Source: an uncultured Spirochaetota bacterium (GTDB lineage: Bacteria > Spirochaetota > Spirochaetia > SZUA-6 > Fen-1364). From it: a stretch of 64,000 bases of DNA. Every line of letters begins with the position of its first letter. Within the stretch, counting starts at the first letter, position 1. The DNA is taken from contig CAWJSK010000013.1 of the NCBI GenBank assembly GCA_963845535.1, forward strand, positions 1 to 64,000. Direction: 5' to 3'. Under the pieces are notes generated by a model, which saw only the letters and a list, made by a program, of their open reading frames with translations, did not search any database and had not been told where the DNA came from. Both the position numbers and the translations under genes were made by a program. This document shows positions 9,956 through 20,729 of this stretch, one piece after another.

Positions 9956-10002
9956 TGAACAAACATACCATACATCACACTCAAGTATAGTCCTTTTGTT
10001 CA
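9956..10002. promoter_or_regulatory. inverted repeat, probable AbiEi autoregulatory operator
   Basis: TGAACAAACATACCATAC ... GTATAGTCCTTTTGTTCA immediately upstream of abiEi. Confidence 0.6.
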
Positions 10003-10295
10003 TTGTCGCAATTTGCAGCCCGAATGGGCTCTCCGACTCCACAAAGTAGATTACAGGCGAGTTGGGTCCTTTGCTTCAATCCGTCCCATGCTGTTGCTCC
10101 TCTTCGAACCGTGTAGGAGCAACGACGGGGAGGGATCTAGAACGTGCTGATACATTCTTTGCAGACTTGCAGATTGTAGGAAACAGGTCTATTCTACTTT
10201 GACGGTTCTGTTGTGGATCGCATCACAAAGTTATGAACACAGAAAAACTTCTTTCCAGACCGTAGCGCGCATTCGATGCCCCGGAGGCGAACAAG

Positions 10296-12023
10296 TTGCA
10301 GCAACAAAACATCCCAATAAGCACTCTGGTTGACATGTACAAGCGGGGTGAGTTGCGGCTGCCCGAGATTCAACGGCACTTCGTTTGGCGCTCTACGAGG
10401 GTACGGGATCTGCTGGATTCTCTCTACCGCGGCTATCCCAGCGGTTCCATTCTCATGTGGGAAACCGATGAACCGATCCCGACGCGAGATTCCGCCGTGG
10501 CTCAAGAGACGAATGCCTTTGTCGGTCGAAAGCTGCTGCTGGACGGTCAGCAACGCTTGACGTCCTTGACCGCGGTTATCAGCGGGGAGCAGGTCACCGT
10601 TCGACGTCGAAAGAAGCCGATCGACATTCTGTTCAATCTTGACCATCCGGATGGCCCTCCGTCTGAAGTGGTCGAGGTGGATGCGGACGATGATTCGCCA
10701 ACTTTGTCGGAGGACGAAATTGCCGACGACGAGGAAGAAAACGGCGAGAGCGAAGTTGATGTAGCGGCGCGGTTCTCATCGAGGACTTTTGTCGTTGCAA
10801 GCAGGAACATAGCTGCCTCTCCAAAGTGGGTTTCGGTCAGCCGCGTGTTCATGAGCACAAATGACGCAGAGTTTCTTCGCAAGGCAGGCGTCACAAGCTT
10901 CGATGATCCCCGGTACCAGAAGTACGCGCAACGCTTGACCAAGCTGAGACAAATCAAGGACTACACCTACGTGGTGCACGTCCTGGAGAGATCGATGAGC
11001 TACGAGGAGGTGACGGAGATCTTTGTCCGAGTAAACTCGCTCGGTGCCAAGCTCCGGTCCTCGGACCTCGCACTAGCGCAGATAACGTCCCGGTGGCAGA
11101 ATTTGCTCGCCGACTTCGAGGCCTTTCGGGAGGAATGCGAGCAAAGCTGGTTCACCTTGGACTTTGGTCTGCTCGTGAGATCCATGGTAGTCGAGGCGAC
11201 GCATCAGTGCCTATTTCGGACGGTCGGCTCTACGCCTATATCCAAGCTCAAAGACGGTTGGTTCGAGGCAAAGGAAGGCTTGCGCTTTGCCATCAACTTC
11301 TTGAGAACGAACGCGGGAATTGAAGACGAGTCGCTGTTGTCTTCTCCATTTTTCATCGTTCTGCTGGCAGCGGTCAGCAGGGCAAAAGACAACATGCTCA
11401 GTCAAGTAGAACAGCAGGCATTGATGCACTGGCTGCTCGTCGCGAATGCACGGGGACGTTATTCGCGCGGTTCCAGTGAGACGCTTCTCAACGAGGATCT
11501 CTCGATTGTGTTTCGTTCTGGGTCGGTTGAGGCGCTGATGGAACCGCTCAAGAGGCAGTTTGGACGTCTCACGATCGAACCAGAAGATCTTGCTTCTCGT
11601 GGCGCGAATAGTCCTCTGTTCTCCTTGGCGTATCTGGCGCTAAAAGACGCTGGTGCTCAGGACTGGTTCAGCGGTCTCGGTCTCTCTCTTACGCACCAGG
11701 GGCGGCTTCATTTCATTCAGTGGCATCACATTTTCCCCAAGTCTCTTCTTAAGGAAAGGGGCTTTGAAACCGGAGAGATAAACGAGATCGCTAACATGGC
11801 TTTCATTACAGGACAGACCAACCGCCGGATCAGCAACAAGAGCCCTGCAGAATATATTCCCGGGATCATCAACGCCCAAGGTGCCGGTACGCTCGAATCG
11901 CAGGCAGTCCCCGTGGATCCGTCACTCTGGAACATTGACGCGTATGGCGAATTCCTCAAGACCCGACGTGCGGCACTGGCGGCGAAGATGAACGAATTTA
12001 TAGTGCGAAAAGGAGGGGCGTAG
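10296..12023 (+). CDS. DUF262 (ParB-like) + HNH-type nuclease, GmrSD-like
   Basis: LPEIQRHFVW, LLDGQQRLTS, FVRVNS; C-terminal HHIFP...NEIANM...TNRRISNK. Confidence 0.88.
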   Translation: MQQQNIPISTLVDMYKRGELRLPEIQRHFVWRSTRVRDLLDSLYRGYPSGSILMWETDEPIPTRDSAVAQETNAFVGRKLLLDGQQRLTSLTAVISGEQVTVRRRKKPIDILFNLDHPDGPPSEVVEVDADDDSPTLSEDEIADDEEENGESEVDVAARFSSRTFVVASRNIAASPKWVSVSRVFMSTNDAEFLRKAGVTSFDDPRYQKYAQRLTKLRQIKDYTYVVHVLERSMSYEEVTEIFVRVNSLGAKLRSSDLALAQITSRWQNLLADFEAFREECEQSWFTLDFGLLVRSMVVEATHQCLFRTVGSTPISKLKDGWFEAKEGLRFAINFLRTNAGIEDESLLSSPFFIVLLAAVSRAKDNMLSQVEQQALMHWLLVANARGRYSRGSSETLLNEDLSIVFRSGSVEALMEPLKRQFGRLTIEPEDLASRGANSPLFSLAYLALKDAGAQDWFSGLGLSLTHQGRLHFIQWHHIFPKSLLKERGFETGEINEIANMAFITGQTNRRISNKSPAEYIPGIINAQGAGTLESQAVPVDPSLWNIDAYGEFLKTRRAALAAKMNEFIVRKGGA

Positions 12024-15000
12024 ATGGTCCCGACCGGCAGGACAACCGACGTCTTCCGGTTCCATCGGGACGTGATGGACCGCTACCAGTCGTTCTCCCG
12101 TAGCTTCATAGACATCGACGACCCTCAGATCGAGGCCGCCCTGCAGGACGAGGGCAGGCTCAAGACCATGTGGCCCGAACCCTTGATTCAGTTCAACCCG
12201 TCGTATCAATCGGGCGCACGCATCGAGGCCTTGGTGACTGAGGGGGTTCTTGAGCCGGCAATGGCATCTGTCTTCTCGGGGTTCACGTTGCACCGTCACC
12301 AGGAAGAAGCCCTCCGTTTGGGGGCTGCCGACAAAGGCTTCGTGGTGACCTCGGGAACGGGCTCGGGCAAATCCCTGACGTTCTTCGGCACGATCTTCAA
12401 CGAGATCCTGCGGCACCCCGGTCCGGGCGTTGTCGGTCTTGTCTGCTATCCCATGAATGCGCTCATCAATTCGCAGACGGGTGAGATCAAGAAGTACGCA
12501 GAACGCCATAAGACGAGCACTCACCGGGATTTCCCCTTCTCATTCGGCCAATATACCGGGCAGGAGGAGGAGAACAAGCGAGACACAATGCGGACCACGC
12601 CTCCCCATGTCCTCCTCACCAACTACATGATGCTCGAGCTGATCCTGACTCGACAGAGAGACTCGGAAATCAGGGAAGCCATCTTCAAGAATCTGAAGTT
12701 CATCGCGTTCGACGAGCTTCACACTTTCCGTGGTCGACAGGGTGCGGACGTTGCACTGCTGATTCGTAGGATCAAGGCGGAGTGCGCGCACCCAATTGTC
12801 TGCATCGGAACATCGGCCACCATGACCGGCGGCGCAACCTCGGAGGAGCGCAAGGCACGTGTCGCCGAAGTGGCGACGACCTTCTTCGGTGACAACTTTA
12901 CGCCGGCTCAGGTGATCGAGGAATCGCTAACGGCCATCTCGGTCCACCACCCGGACCCCGGGTCTGCGGAGCTCGCGGCAGCCATCGACACACCGACGGA
13001 CGCGCCAAGCGCGGAGGAACTAAGCGCCGCTCCCCTTTTTCGGTGGGTCGAACGTATCGTGGCCCTGAAGCCCGATGGTGTCGGGTATCAGCGCGGACCT
13101 GCCATGACCGCCGGGGATATGGGTCGGATGCTTGCAAAGGTGTCGGGCCGTGATGAGTTGCTGTGCCGTGCCGCTCTCGAAGGCCTGTTTACGCGGATCG
13201 CGGCCGTAAACGAGAGGATCGCCCGGGAACACACCGACCCGACGTCCCGACCCGCATTCGTCCTGCCCTTCAAGCTCCATCAGTTCATCGCTCAGACTGC
13301 CTCCCTCTCTGTGTCCCTCCACCAAGGAAGCGAAAACAGGCTGATAGACTTCGACGGAGTTCCGTCCCGAACAATCGGGGAAACCACCTATCCGCTATAC
13401 CCCCTGGTGTTCAACCGTTCCTCGGGAAAGCCGTTCTTGTGCGTGAAGAAAAACCTTGTGGAGGGCAAGCTGGAGGCGCGGGATTTCAGCGACGACAGCC
13501 TCCCCGAGGAAGAGAGGGACAACCGCGAGTACGGGTACCTTATCTGCGACGAGCAGGCTTGGAGACCCGAGGAGGACTTGGCCAATCTGCCAGCGGAATA
13601 CACCCGCGAAGTCGGCGGTGTTCTCACGCTGAAGAAGGAGTACCTTGGCAAGTTCCCATCCGAGATCACCTATTTCGTCGACGGTACGTATCGGGACGGA
13701 TTCGCCACAGACCTGGACGGTGGCCTCAAGGGATGGTACCTCCCTTTGAAGTTCATCTATGACCTCACCAGCGGTGACCTCTACCACCATCAGACCAGTG
13801 AGTTTGCCAAGCTCTCCCGCATCGGGCTGGAGGGGCGGTCCACCACAACCACGGTAATCTCCCTTGCCATCCTGGACGCGATGAAAGGGCTCGGCTTCGC
13901 TGACAAGGACACGAAGCTGCTCAGCTTCTCGGACAACCGCCAGGATTCCTCCCTGCAGTCGGGACATTTCAACGACTTCATCTCAACCGTCCGGCTCAGG
14001 GCCGCCCTTGTGAAGGCGTTGCGGGAGAAGGGGCCCATCCCGTTCTCCACGGTGGAGTCCGAGGTCTTCGATCGGCTCGGGATGAGGTTGGCCGACTATG
14101 CGGTGATCCCGGAGTCCGGAGAGGTGTTCGACTCCCGCATCAGATCGCTTCAGGAGATCATGAAGACCCTTCTGAAGTATCTCCTTCTCTCCGACCTGGG
14201 CAACGCTTGGCGCGTCAATCTGCCGGGGCTGGAGGCGTGTGGTCTCCTGCGGATCTCATATGAGAAGTGGCAAGAGCGGATCAAGGACGCAAGATGGCTT
14301 TCGCTGCGCAACCAGTGCGACGAGGCGGGCGCCGACTTCGAAAGCCTGATGTTCCAGATCCTGGACTCCTTCCGGAAGCTCCACGCAATCGACAGTCGCG
14401 CGTACTACGACGACACAGCCCTGCGGAAGAATCTCCTCCTCTTCAAGGAGAGTCTGAACGAGGATTGGGTTCCCGAAGAGAGCGAGATAAGAAGCCCGGC
14501 GTGGCTCATGCTGAAACGGGCCTTCTTGCCTCGCGGCATGGGCTACGCGCAGAGTATTGGAGAATTGAGCAGGCTCGGGGTCTACGTTCGGAGAAGGCTG
14601 GGCGGTGACACTAAGCTGGACAGCATGAGCTATCGGGATTTCATCACGGAGGCCTTGAAGCTGATGGAATCCGCGGGGTGGCTGGTGGCGGTTGCTGTGC
14701 CGGACAACGGACAGGCTTACCGACTCAGGGCGGAAGCTATCGTCTGGGAGCCGGGGGACGGCACCGTCCCGGAGGACCCGGTGTTCCGGCCCAACGTGCG
14801 AAAGGCGACGCGAAAGCCCAACGCTTTCTTTGCGGAGCTGTACCGGACTGCGGTCATCGAAGGCAGGATAAAATCGCGGGAACACACCGGTCAGATTGAC
14901 AAAGAGGAGAGGCGAAAACGAGAGGACGCATTCCGCGCCGGAGCCCTTGCGGCACTGTACTGTTCACCGACCATGGAGCTTGGCATCGACATCGCGGAGC

Positions 15001-17168
15001 TTAGCGTAGTGCATATGCGCAACGTCCCGCCCAATCCCGCCAACTACGCTCAGCGCTCGGGCCGGGCAGGCAGAAGCGGGCAGCCGGCTCTCGTCTTCAC
15101 AAGCTGCAGCCGCCAATCCGCTCATGACACGCACTACTTCAGTGACAGAAACGGCATGGTGAGTGGATCCGTCAACGCGCCGCGGCTCGACCTGTGCAAT
15201 GAGGACCTCCTCAAGAGCCATTTCAATGCCCTGTACCTGACCACGCGGGGCATTCCTCTTCTGGAGGGGAGCGTTCACGACGTGGTTGACGTGGCCGAAC
15301 CGCTCTTGCCGATAAAGGACTCAACCGGGGCCGAGCTTTCCCAGGCATCGGCGCATGGAGACCGGGTGCTTTCCAAGTGGGGGCGAGTCATGGCTGACCT
15401 GGAACCGAAGCTGTACAAAACGTCCTGGTACAGCTCCGCGTGGAGCGAAGAGCTTCTCCGTGGGATGCTGGCTTCCTTTGACAGCGCGCTCAATCGCTGG
15501 AGGAACCTCTGGAATCAGCACCTTTCGCAGGTCGCGGCGGCCCGACGCGTCATCGACAATACGACAATCAAGACAACGAGCCCGGAGCACCGCGCGGCGC
15601 AGCGCAATCTGGCCCTTGCGTACAAGCTGCGGAAGCTCCTGATGAACGAAGTAAAGGGAGACACATATTCGGAGTTCTACTCCTACCGCTACCTGGCCAG
15701 CGAAGGCTTCCTCCCCGGGTACAATTTCACCCGGCTTCCCGTTCGTCTCTTCCTGGACGTGGAGAAAGGCGCCGAGTCCATCAGCCGGGACCGGGTAGTT
15801 GCAATTCGGGAGATGGGGCCAGAGAACGTCATCTACCACAACGGCTCAAAGTACAAGGTCACACGCGCCCAGATCCAGGAGGCGGCTGGCGAGACCGAGG
15901 AGGCCACCGTCTGCACGGAGTCCGGCTACTTCCTTATGGGTGAGGAGATGAAACGCAACACTGACCCGTGGACCCACGCTTCCCTGGACGATCATACGGA
16001 AACCTTCCGGGACCTCCTGACCCTGCCCGACGGCATTGCCGAGCGCACCGAGCACATCACCTGTGGGGAGGAGGAGCGTCAACGCCTGGGCTACCGCATC
16101 GATACCTGGTTCCGCTACAACGGTGACCCTGACGGGCTGGACGAGATCCGGCTCATGGGCGGCGACGATCCTCTGTTGCGGCTGCGCTACCTTCCCTCGG
16201 CCCAGATCGTCTACGTGAATGTGAAGTGGCGCGCCAATGAAGAAGAGGGTTTCGTGCTCAACAAGATCTCCGGCCACTGGAGGGGCCACGGTTTCCGGGA
16301 ACGTGTGCTTGCCGGCAAGGAAAAGTCCAGCAAGATGAAGCCCGAGGATCTGGCCGTCGTGAAGCTGTACACCACGGACACTGCCGACGCGCTCTACATC
16401 GAGCCGCTGAAAGTCCTCGGTCTCGAATACGCGGGGCGGGTCACGCTCCAGTACGCGCTGAAGACCGCGGTGGAAAGGGTCTTCCAGGTGGAAAGTTCGG
16501 AGCTCGGCGTCACGCCCATCGGCAACAAGGAATGGCCGAATCTCCTCATGTTCGAGGCGTCGGAGGGAAATCTCGGCGTCATGGCTGCCATGGTCCGGGA
16601 GAAGGACAAGTGGCGCAGCGTGATCGAGGAGGCGTGGAAGCTCTGCCGATTCGAGGATGTCGATTACACGGACAAAGCGAGTTATTTGGACCTCCTGAGC
16701 TACTTCAACCAATCCGACCATGCCGTGATTGACCGATTTCTTATCCGCCAGGCCCTTGAACGCATGAGGGAGGCGCGTGTCGAAGTAGGGGCTTCCATTG
16801 CAGGCACCTATGAAGAGCAGTACCGCAAGCTCCTTGCCACACGCGACCAGTTCAGCTCGACGGAGAAGGTGTTCCTGGACTACCTCTACGAGCATGGCCT
16901 ACGGCTTCCCGATCAGGCGCAACGCCGAATCGAGGGACTCTACTGCCAGCCTGACTTCTACTACGCTTCGGGACCCGGCAAGAACGCTCTCCCCGTTCAC
17001 GTTTTCTGCGACGGCACCCCGCACGATACAGAGCCGGTGGCCGCCCATGATAGTGACCAACGCACGGCGATCCTGGACAGGGGAGAGGAGTACATCGTCT
17101 ACAACTACCGCGATTCCCTGGATGAAGTGGTGGCCCGCCGGCCCGACATATTCCGAAAGGTCAGGTAG
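12024..17168 (+). CDS. YprA-like DEAD/DEAH helicase with DUF1998-like and Vsr/DUF559-like nuclease domains
   Basis: SGTGSGKS, YPMNAL, DELH, TSAT, PTMELGIDI, NYAQRSGRAGR; LLSYFNQ..H..IDR; terminal PDF...VFCDGTPHD. Confidence 0.88.
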   Translation: MVPTGRTTDVFRFHRDVMDRYQSFSRSFIDIDDPQIEAALQDEGRLKTMWPEPLIQFNPSYQSGARIEALVTEGVLEPAMASVFSGFTLHRHQEEALRLGAADKGFVVTSGTGSGKSLTFFGTIFNEILRHPGPGVVGLVCYPMNALINSQTGEIKKYAERHKTSTHRDFPFSFGQYTGQEEENKRDTMRTTPPHVLLTNYMMLELILTRQRDSEIREAIFKNLKFIAFDELHTFRGRQGADVALLIRRIKAECAHPIVCIGTSATMTGGATSEERKARVAEVATTFFGDNFTPAQVIEESLTAISVHHPDPGSAELAAAIDTPTDAPSAEELSAAPLFRWVERIVALKPDGVGYQRGPAMTAGDMGRMLAKVSGRDELLCRAALEGLFTRIAAVNERIAREHTDPTSRPAFVLPFKLHQFIAQTASLSVSLHQGSENRLIDFDGVPSRTIGETTYPLYPLVFNRSSGKPFLCVKKNLVEGKLEARDFSDDSLPEEERDNREYGYLICDEQAWRPEEDLANLPAEYTREVGGVLTLKKEYLGKFPSEITYFVDGTYRDGFATDLDGGLKGWYLPLKFIYDLTSGDLYHHQTSEFAKLSRIGLEGRSTTTTVISLAILDAMKGLGFADKDTKLLSFSDNRQDSSLQSGHFNDFISTVRLRAALVKALREKGPIPFSTVESEVFDRLGMRLADYAVIPESGEVFDSRIRSLQEIMKTLLKYLLLSDLGNAWRVNLPGLEACGLLRISYEKWQERIKDARWLSLRNQCDEAGADFESLMFQILDSFRKLHAIDSRAYYDDTALRKNLLLFKESLNEDWVPEESEIRSPAWLMLKRAFLPRGMGYAQSIGELSRLGVYVRRRLGGDTKLDSMSYRDFITEALKLMESAGWLVAVAVPDNGQAYRLRAEAIVWEPGDGTVPEDPVFRPNVRKATRKPNAFFAELYRTAVIEGRIKSREHTGQIDKEERRKREDAFRAGALAALYCSPTMELGIDIAELSVVHMRNVPPNPANYAQRSGRAGRSGQPALVFTSCSRQSAHDTHYFSDRNGMVSGSVNAPRLDLCNEDLLKSHFNALYLTTRGIPLLEGSVHDVVDVAEPLLPIKDSTGAELSQASAHGDRVLSKWGRVMADLEPKLYKTSWYSSAWSEELLRGMLASFDSALNRWRNLWNQHLSQVAAARRVIDNTTIKTTSPEHRAAQRNLALAYKLRKLLMNEVKGDTYSEFYSYRYLASEGFLPGYNFTRLPVRLFLDVEKGAESISRDRVVAIREMGPENVIYHNGSKYKVTRAQIQEAAGETEEATVCTESGYFLMGEEMKRNTDPWTHASLDDHTETFRDLLTLPDGIAERTEHITCGEEERQRLGYRIDTWFRYNGDPDGLDEIRLMGGDDPLLRLRYLPSAQIVYVNVKWRANEEEGFVLNKISGHWRGHGFRERVLAGKEKSSKMKPEDLAVVKLYTTDTADALYIEPLKVLGLEYAGRVTLQYALKTAVERVFQVESSELGVTPIGNKEWPNLLMFEASEGNLGVMAAMVREKDKWRSVIEEAWKLCRFEDVDYTDKASYLDLLSYFNQSDHAVIDRFLIRQALERMREARVEVGASIAGTYEEQYRKLLATRDQFSSTEKVFLDYLYEHGLRLPDQAQRRIEGLYCQPDFYYASGPGKNALPVHVFCDGTPHDTEPVAAHDSDQRTAILDRGEEYIVYNYRDSLDEVVARRPDIFRKVR

Positions 17169-17173
17169 CTGAA

Positions 17174-20026
17174 ATGGAATACCGGGCCGGTACTCTCGTT
17201 CATACGCGGGGACGTGACTGGGTGGTTCTTCCCACGGAGAGGAGCGACCTGCTCCGGCTCAAGCCACTGGACGGTAGGGAAGAGGACGTCTGCGGCATCT
17301 TTGTCCCCCTTACCAAGGAGGGCGATGTACGCCCCTCCCAATTTACGCCGCCCACCGTCGCGGATCTGGGGAGCGTCCGCGCCGCCCGACTCCTGTTCGA
17401 TGCCTCGCGCCTCTCCCTCCGTTCCGCGGCGGGCCCCTTCCGCTGCGCGGCAAAGCTCGGCTTCCGACCGCGCAGTTACCAGATGGTGCCGCTCATCATG
17501 GCACTCCGCCAGAAGGGCCCGGTACGCCTCCTCATTGCCGACGACGTGGGCGTGGGAAAGACCGTGGAGGCCATCCTTATTGTCAAGGAGCTTCTGGAAC
17601 GCCGGGAGATCACGCGCTTTGCGGTTCTCTGCCCGCCGCAGTTGTGCGAGCAGTGGCAGACAGAGCTCAAGGACAAGTTCCAGATCGACGCGGTGATCAT
17701 CCGCACCGGCACTCAGGCGGCTCTGGACCGCCAGGTGTCCGGAGACACGAGCGTGTTCCGCTACTTTCCCTACCAGGTCATCAGCATCGACTATATCAAG
17801 GCAGACAACCGCTACTCGGTTTTCGCCTCAGAGGCGCCGGAGTGCATCATCGTGGATGAGGCACACTCTTGCGCCAAGCCTGAGGGTGCGCACGCGGGCC
17901 AGCAGCTCCGCCACCGACTGGTGCGGGAGATCGCAAAGAAGAAGGACCAAAGCCTTATCCTCGTGACCGCGACACCGCACTCCGGCAAAGAGGGGGAGTT
18001 CCGATCTCTTCTCGGCCTCTTGAAGCCCCAACTCGAGGATGGCGACTGGGACGGCACCGACGAATCGACAAAGGCCTTCCGTGCCGAGCTTGCCCGGTAC
18101 TTCATTCAGCGCAAGCGGGAGAATATCGCCGTTTGGATGGACGAGCGCACACCCTTCCCAAAGCGCACGGCCATCGATTTCCCCTACAAGCTCTCCGCGC
18201 CCTATCAGAAACTGTACGATGAGGTGCTGCTCTTCTCATCGCGCCTCATGGCACGAAAAGCGGGAAGCGAGCACGAGCAGCGGTTCCGCTACTGGTCTGC
18301 CCTCGCCCTGCTGCGGGGGATCATGTCCAGCCCGCGCGCCGGCGCGCTCATGCTGAACAACAGGGCCGGTGCTGCCCGAGGTGGCGCCGAGGAAGCCCCG
18401 GCGGAGAATCCCCACTACGAGCGGCTGGAGACTACAGACGACGAGCTGCCCGGCGCCGTGCTCGACGCCATTGCATGGACTGCGGAGGAGAGAGGCGCCT
18501 TCACCGGTTTCGCGGAAAGGCTACTGACCATGCAGGGAACAGAGGCTGACGTGAAGATCGCCTCATGCCTTCTACAATTGCAGAAATGGCACAAGGCAGG
18601 CTACAGCCCCATCGTCTTCTGTCGCTATATCGAGACAGCGAAGTACGTTGCGGAACGCATCGCGGAGAAGCTCGGCTCCGGCGTGATTGTGGAGTGCGTA
18701 ACGAGCGAGGATCCAGACGACATCCGCCGTGGCCGCATCCAGGCCATGGCTCCCGAGAAGACGGGAAACAAGAGGCGCCTCCTGGTGGCAACGGACTGCC
18801 TCTCGGAGGGCATCAATCTCCAAGGCCTCTTTGACGCCGTGCTGCACTACGACCTGCCGTGGAATCCCAACCGACTGGAACAGCGGGAAGGCCGCGTGGA
18901 CCGATTCGGCCAGACGCGGGCCGAGGTGCAGTCCTGCCTTCTCTACGGCGCGGACAATCCCATGGATCAGATCGTTCTGAAGGTGCTCTACCGGAAAGCG
19001 CGTGCCATCCGGGACAAGATCGGGGTGAGTATCCCGTTCCCCGAGGACTCCCGTGTGTTCCTCGACACCATCTTCAAGGCCGTGCTTGCCGAGGCGGAGA
19101 GAAAGAGACGGCCCGTGGAGCAGATGGAGCTCTTCAGCCTGGAGGAGATGATCAGGTCCGAGGAGGAGCTGGACAAGCTGGTCTCGGTCACGGAGAGGAA
19201 GGAAGCGGCCCTCCGATCCATATTCGCGCAGCAATCGATCAAGGCCCAGGAGATCGAGGAGGACCTCGCCGTCACCGATGAAGCAGTGGGAAGGCCCGAG
19301 ACGGTGTACCGATTCGTGGATTCCTCTCTGCGCGAGCTCTTCGGCGTGGAAGCGGAGAAGAATCCCGACGAGCTGGAGCTCCAGGTTCACCGCTCGAAGT
19401 TCCCGGAGAAGCTGTCACCATGGCTTGCCGCCGCAGCGGGAAAAGCCGATGCACGCATTGCTTTCCGCGCGCCGGTGAGAGAGGGATACACGTACTGGGG
19501 CCGCAATCACGACGCCGTGGAGGCTCTCTGCCGGACCGTGCTCTCCGAGTCACTGAACCCGGCCCGGCAGAACAAGAGCGTGGCGCGCGCCGCGGTGGTC
19601 GCCTCCGGCGCGGTGAAAGAGCGGACGGCCATCTACGTTCTTCGCGCGCGGCACGTAATCCAGGATGCAAGGGAGAAGAAGCTCCTCGTTGCGGAGGAGG
19701 TGCTTCTCCAGGGCCTGTCAGGCCCCTCGCGCTCGCCCGTTCCCCTGGAAACGATCAGTGCCTTGATGGATGACCCGCAGGTGGCGGCCGACTTTCCAAG
19801 GGAAACGCAAGCGCTGCACCTTGAGCGGGAGCTCTCTGTGATACCCGACCTGCAGTCGTCTTTCGACGCGCTGGCCTTCCAGCGTGCCGAAGAGCTGATC
19901 AGCCAGCACGAGCGCTACTACAGGGCAGTGGGGGCCGAGGCGCGAAGCGGCAGACTCCACGTGGTGGAGCCGGTGATCCCCATGGATATCTTGGGACTCT
20001 ACATCTTCCTTCCGGTTGACGCCTGA
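17174..20026 (+). CDS. SNF2-family helicase (DrmD/BrxHII-like)
   Basis: LIADDVGVGKT, VDEAH, TATPHSG, SEGINLQ, PWNPNRLEQREGRVDRFGQ. Confidence 0.9.
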   Translation: MEYRAGTLVHTRGRDWVVLPTERSDLLRLKPLDGREEDVCGIFVPLTKEGDVRPSQFTPPTVADLGSVRAARLLFDASRLSLRSAAGPFRCAAKLGFRPRSYQMVPLIMALRQKGPVRLLIADDVGVGKTVEAILIVKELLERREITRFAVLCPPQLCEQWQTELKDKFQIDAVIIRTGTQAALDRQVSGDTSVFRYFPYQVISIDYIKADNRYSVFASEAPECIIVDEAHSCAKPEGAHAGQQLRHRLVREIAKKKDQSLILVTATPHSGKEGEFRSLLGLLKPQLEDGDWDGTDESTKAFRAELARYFIQRKRENIAVWMDERTPFPKRTAIDFPYKLSAPYQKLYDEVLLFSSRLMARKAGSEHEQRFRYWSALALLRGIMSSPRAGALMLNNRAGAARGGAEEAPAENPHYERLETTDDELPGAVLDAIAWTAEERGAFTGFAERLLTMQGTEADVKIASCLLQLQKWHKAGYSPIVFCRYIETAKYVAERIAEKLGSGVIVECVTSEDPDDIRRGRIQAMAPEKTGNKRRLLVATDCLSEGINLQGLFDAVLHYDLPWNPNRLEQREGRVDRFGQTRAEVQSCLLYGADNPMDQIVLKVLYRKARAIRDKIGVSIPFPEDSRVFLDTIFKAVLAEAERKRRPVEQMELFSLEEMIRSEEELDKLVSVTERKEAALRSIFAQQSIKAQEIEEDLAVTDEAVGRPETVYRFVDSSLRELFGVEAEKNPDELELQVHRSKFPEKLSPWLAAAAGKADARIAFRAPVREGYTYWGRNHDAVEALCRTVLSESLNPARQNKSVARAAVVASGAVKERTAIYVLRARHVIQDAREKKLLVAEEVLLQGLSGPSRSPVPLETISALMDDPQVAADFPRETQALHLERELSVIPDLQSSFDALAFQRAEELISQHERYYRAVGAEARSGRLHVVEPVIPMDILGLYIFLPVDA

Positions 20027-20032
20027 GGTATA

Positions 20033-20057
20033 CTTATTATGTGCAGCACATAATAAG
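20033..20057. promoter_or_regulatory. perfect palindromic operator upstream of vapB
   Basis: CTTATTATGTG-CAG-CACATAATAAG. Confidence 0.7.
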
Positions 20058-20068
20058 GGAGGTGAGGA

Positions 20069-20302
20069 ATGGCCAACGTAACAATGAGCATCGATGAGGA
20101 GCTTCTGAAGAAGGCGCGGAAGATCGCCATCGACATGGACACGAACATCTCCGATCTCTTCCGTGGCTTTCTTGCCGATCTTACCCGCCGCGAGGGAAGT
20201 CGACGCGAGTTCCTTGCCGACGAGCTGGATCGGCTCTTCGGCAAGAGCGTGGCTTCGTCCAACGGAGTGACCTGGACACGAGATGAGCTCCATGAACGAT
20301 AG
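20069..20302 (+). CDS. vapB: ribbon-helix-helix VapB-type antitoxin
   Basis: MANVTMSIDEELLKKARKIA...WTRDELHER; GGAGGTGA RBS. Confidence 0.85.
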   Translation: MANVTMSIDEELLKKARKIAIDMDTNISDLFRGFLADLTRREGSRREFLADELDRLFGKSVASSNGVTWTRDELHER

Positions 20303-20729
20303 CGCGGTCTTCTTCGATACCAATACGCTGGTGTACGCCAACGACACCGGCTCTCCGGAGAAGCGTGCGCGGGCCCGTCAACTGATCCGCACGGCAGTCG
20401 TTTCGGGATCGGGGTCCATCTCCAGCCAGGTGCTGGCCGAGTTCTGGGTCACCGTGACGCGCAAGTTGAAGACCCCGCTTTCCCCCGAATCGGCGCGGGA
20501 GCAGATTGTCCTTTTCTCCGCTTTCCATGTCCAGCCGGTAGACCAGGCCACGGTGTTGGAGGCCATCCGGATCCAGGAGCGTTATCGCATCTCCTACTGG
20601 GACGCCCAGATCGTGGCCAGCGCGCGGTTTGCGAAAGCGGAGGTTGTCTATTCCGAGGATCTCCAGGACGGCGCGGAGTACGACGGCGTCAAGATTCAGA
20701 ATCCCTTTCGGCAGTCGGAACAAGGATAG
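20283..20729 (+). CDS. vapC: VapC PIN-domain toxin
   Basis: FFDTNTLVY, QVLAEF, SYWDAQI, YSEDLQ; start may be 20292. Confidence 0.9.
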   Translation: MSSMNDSAVFFDTNTLVYANDTGSPEKRARARQLIRTAVVSGSGSISSQVLAEFWVTVTRKLKTPLSPESAREQIVLFSAFHVQPVDQATVLEAIRIQERYRISYWDAQIVASARFAKAEVVYSEDLQDGAEYDGVKIQNPFRQSEQG

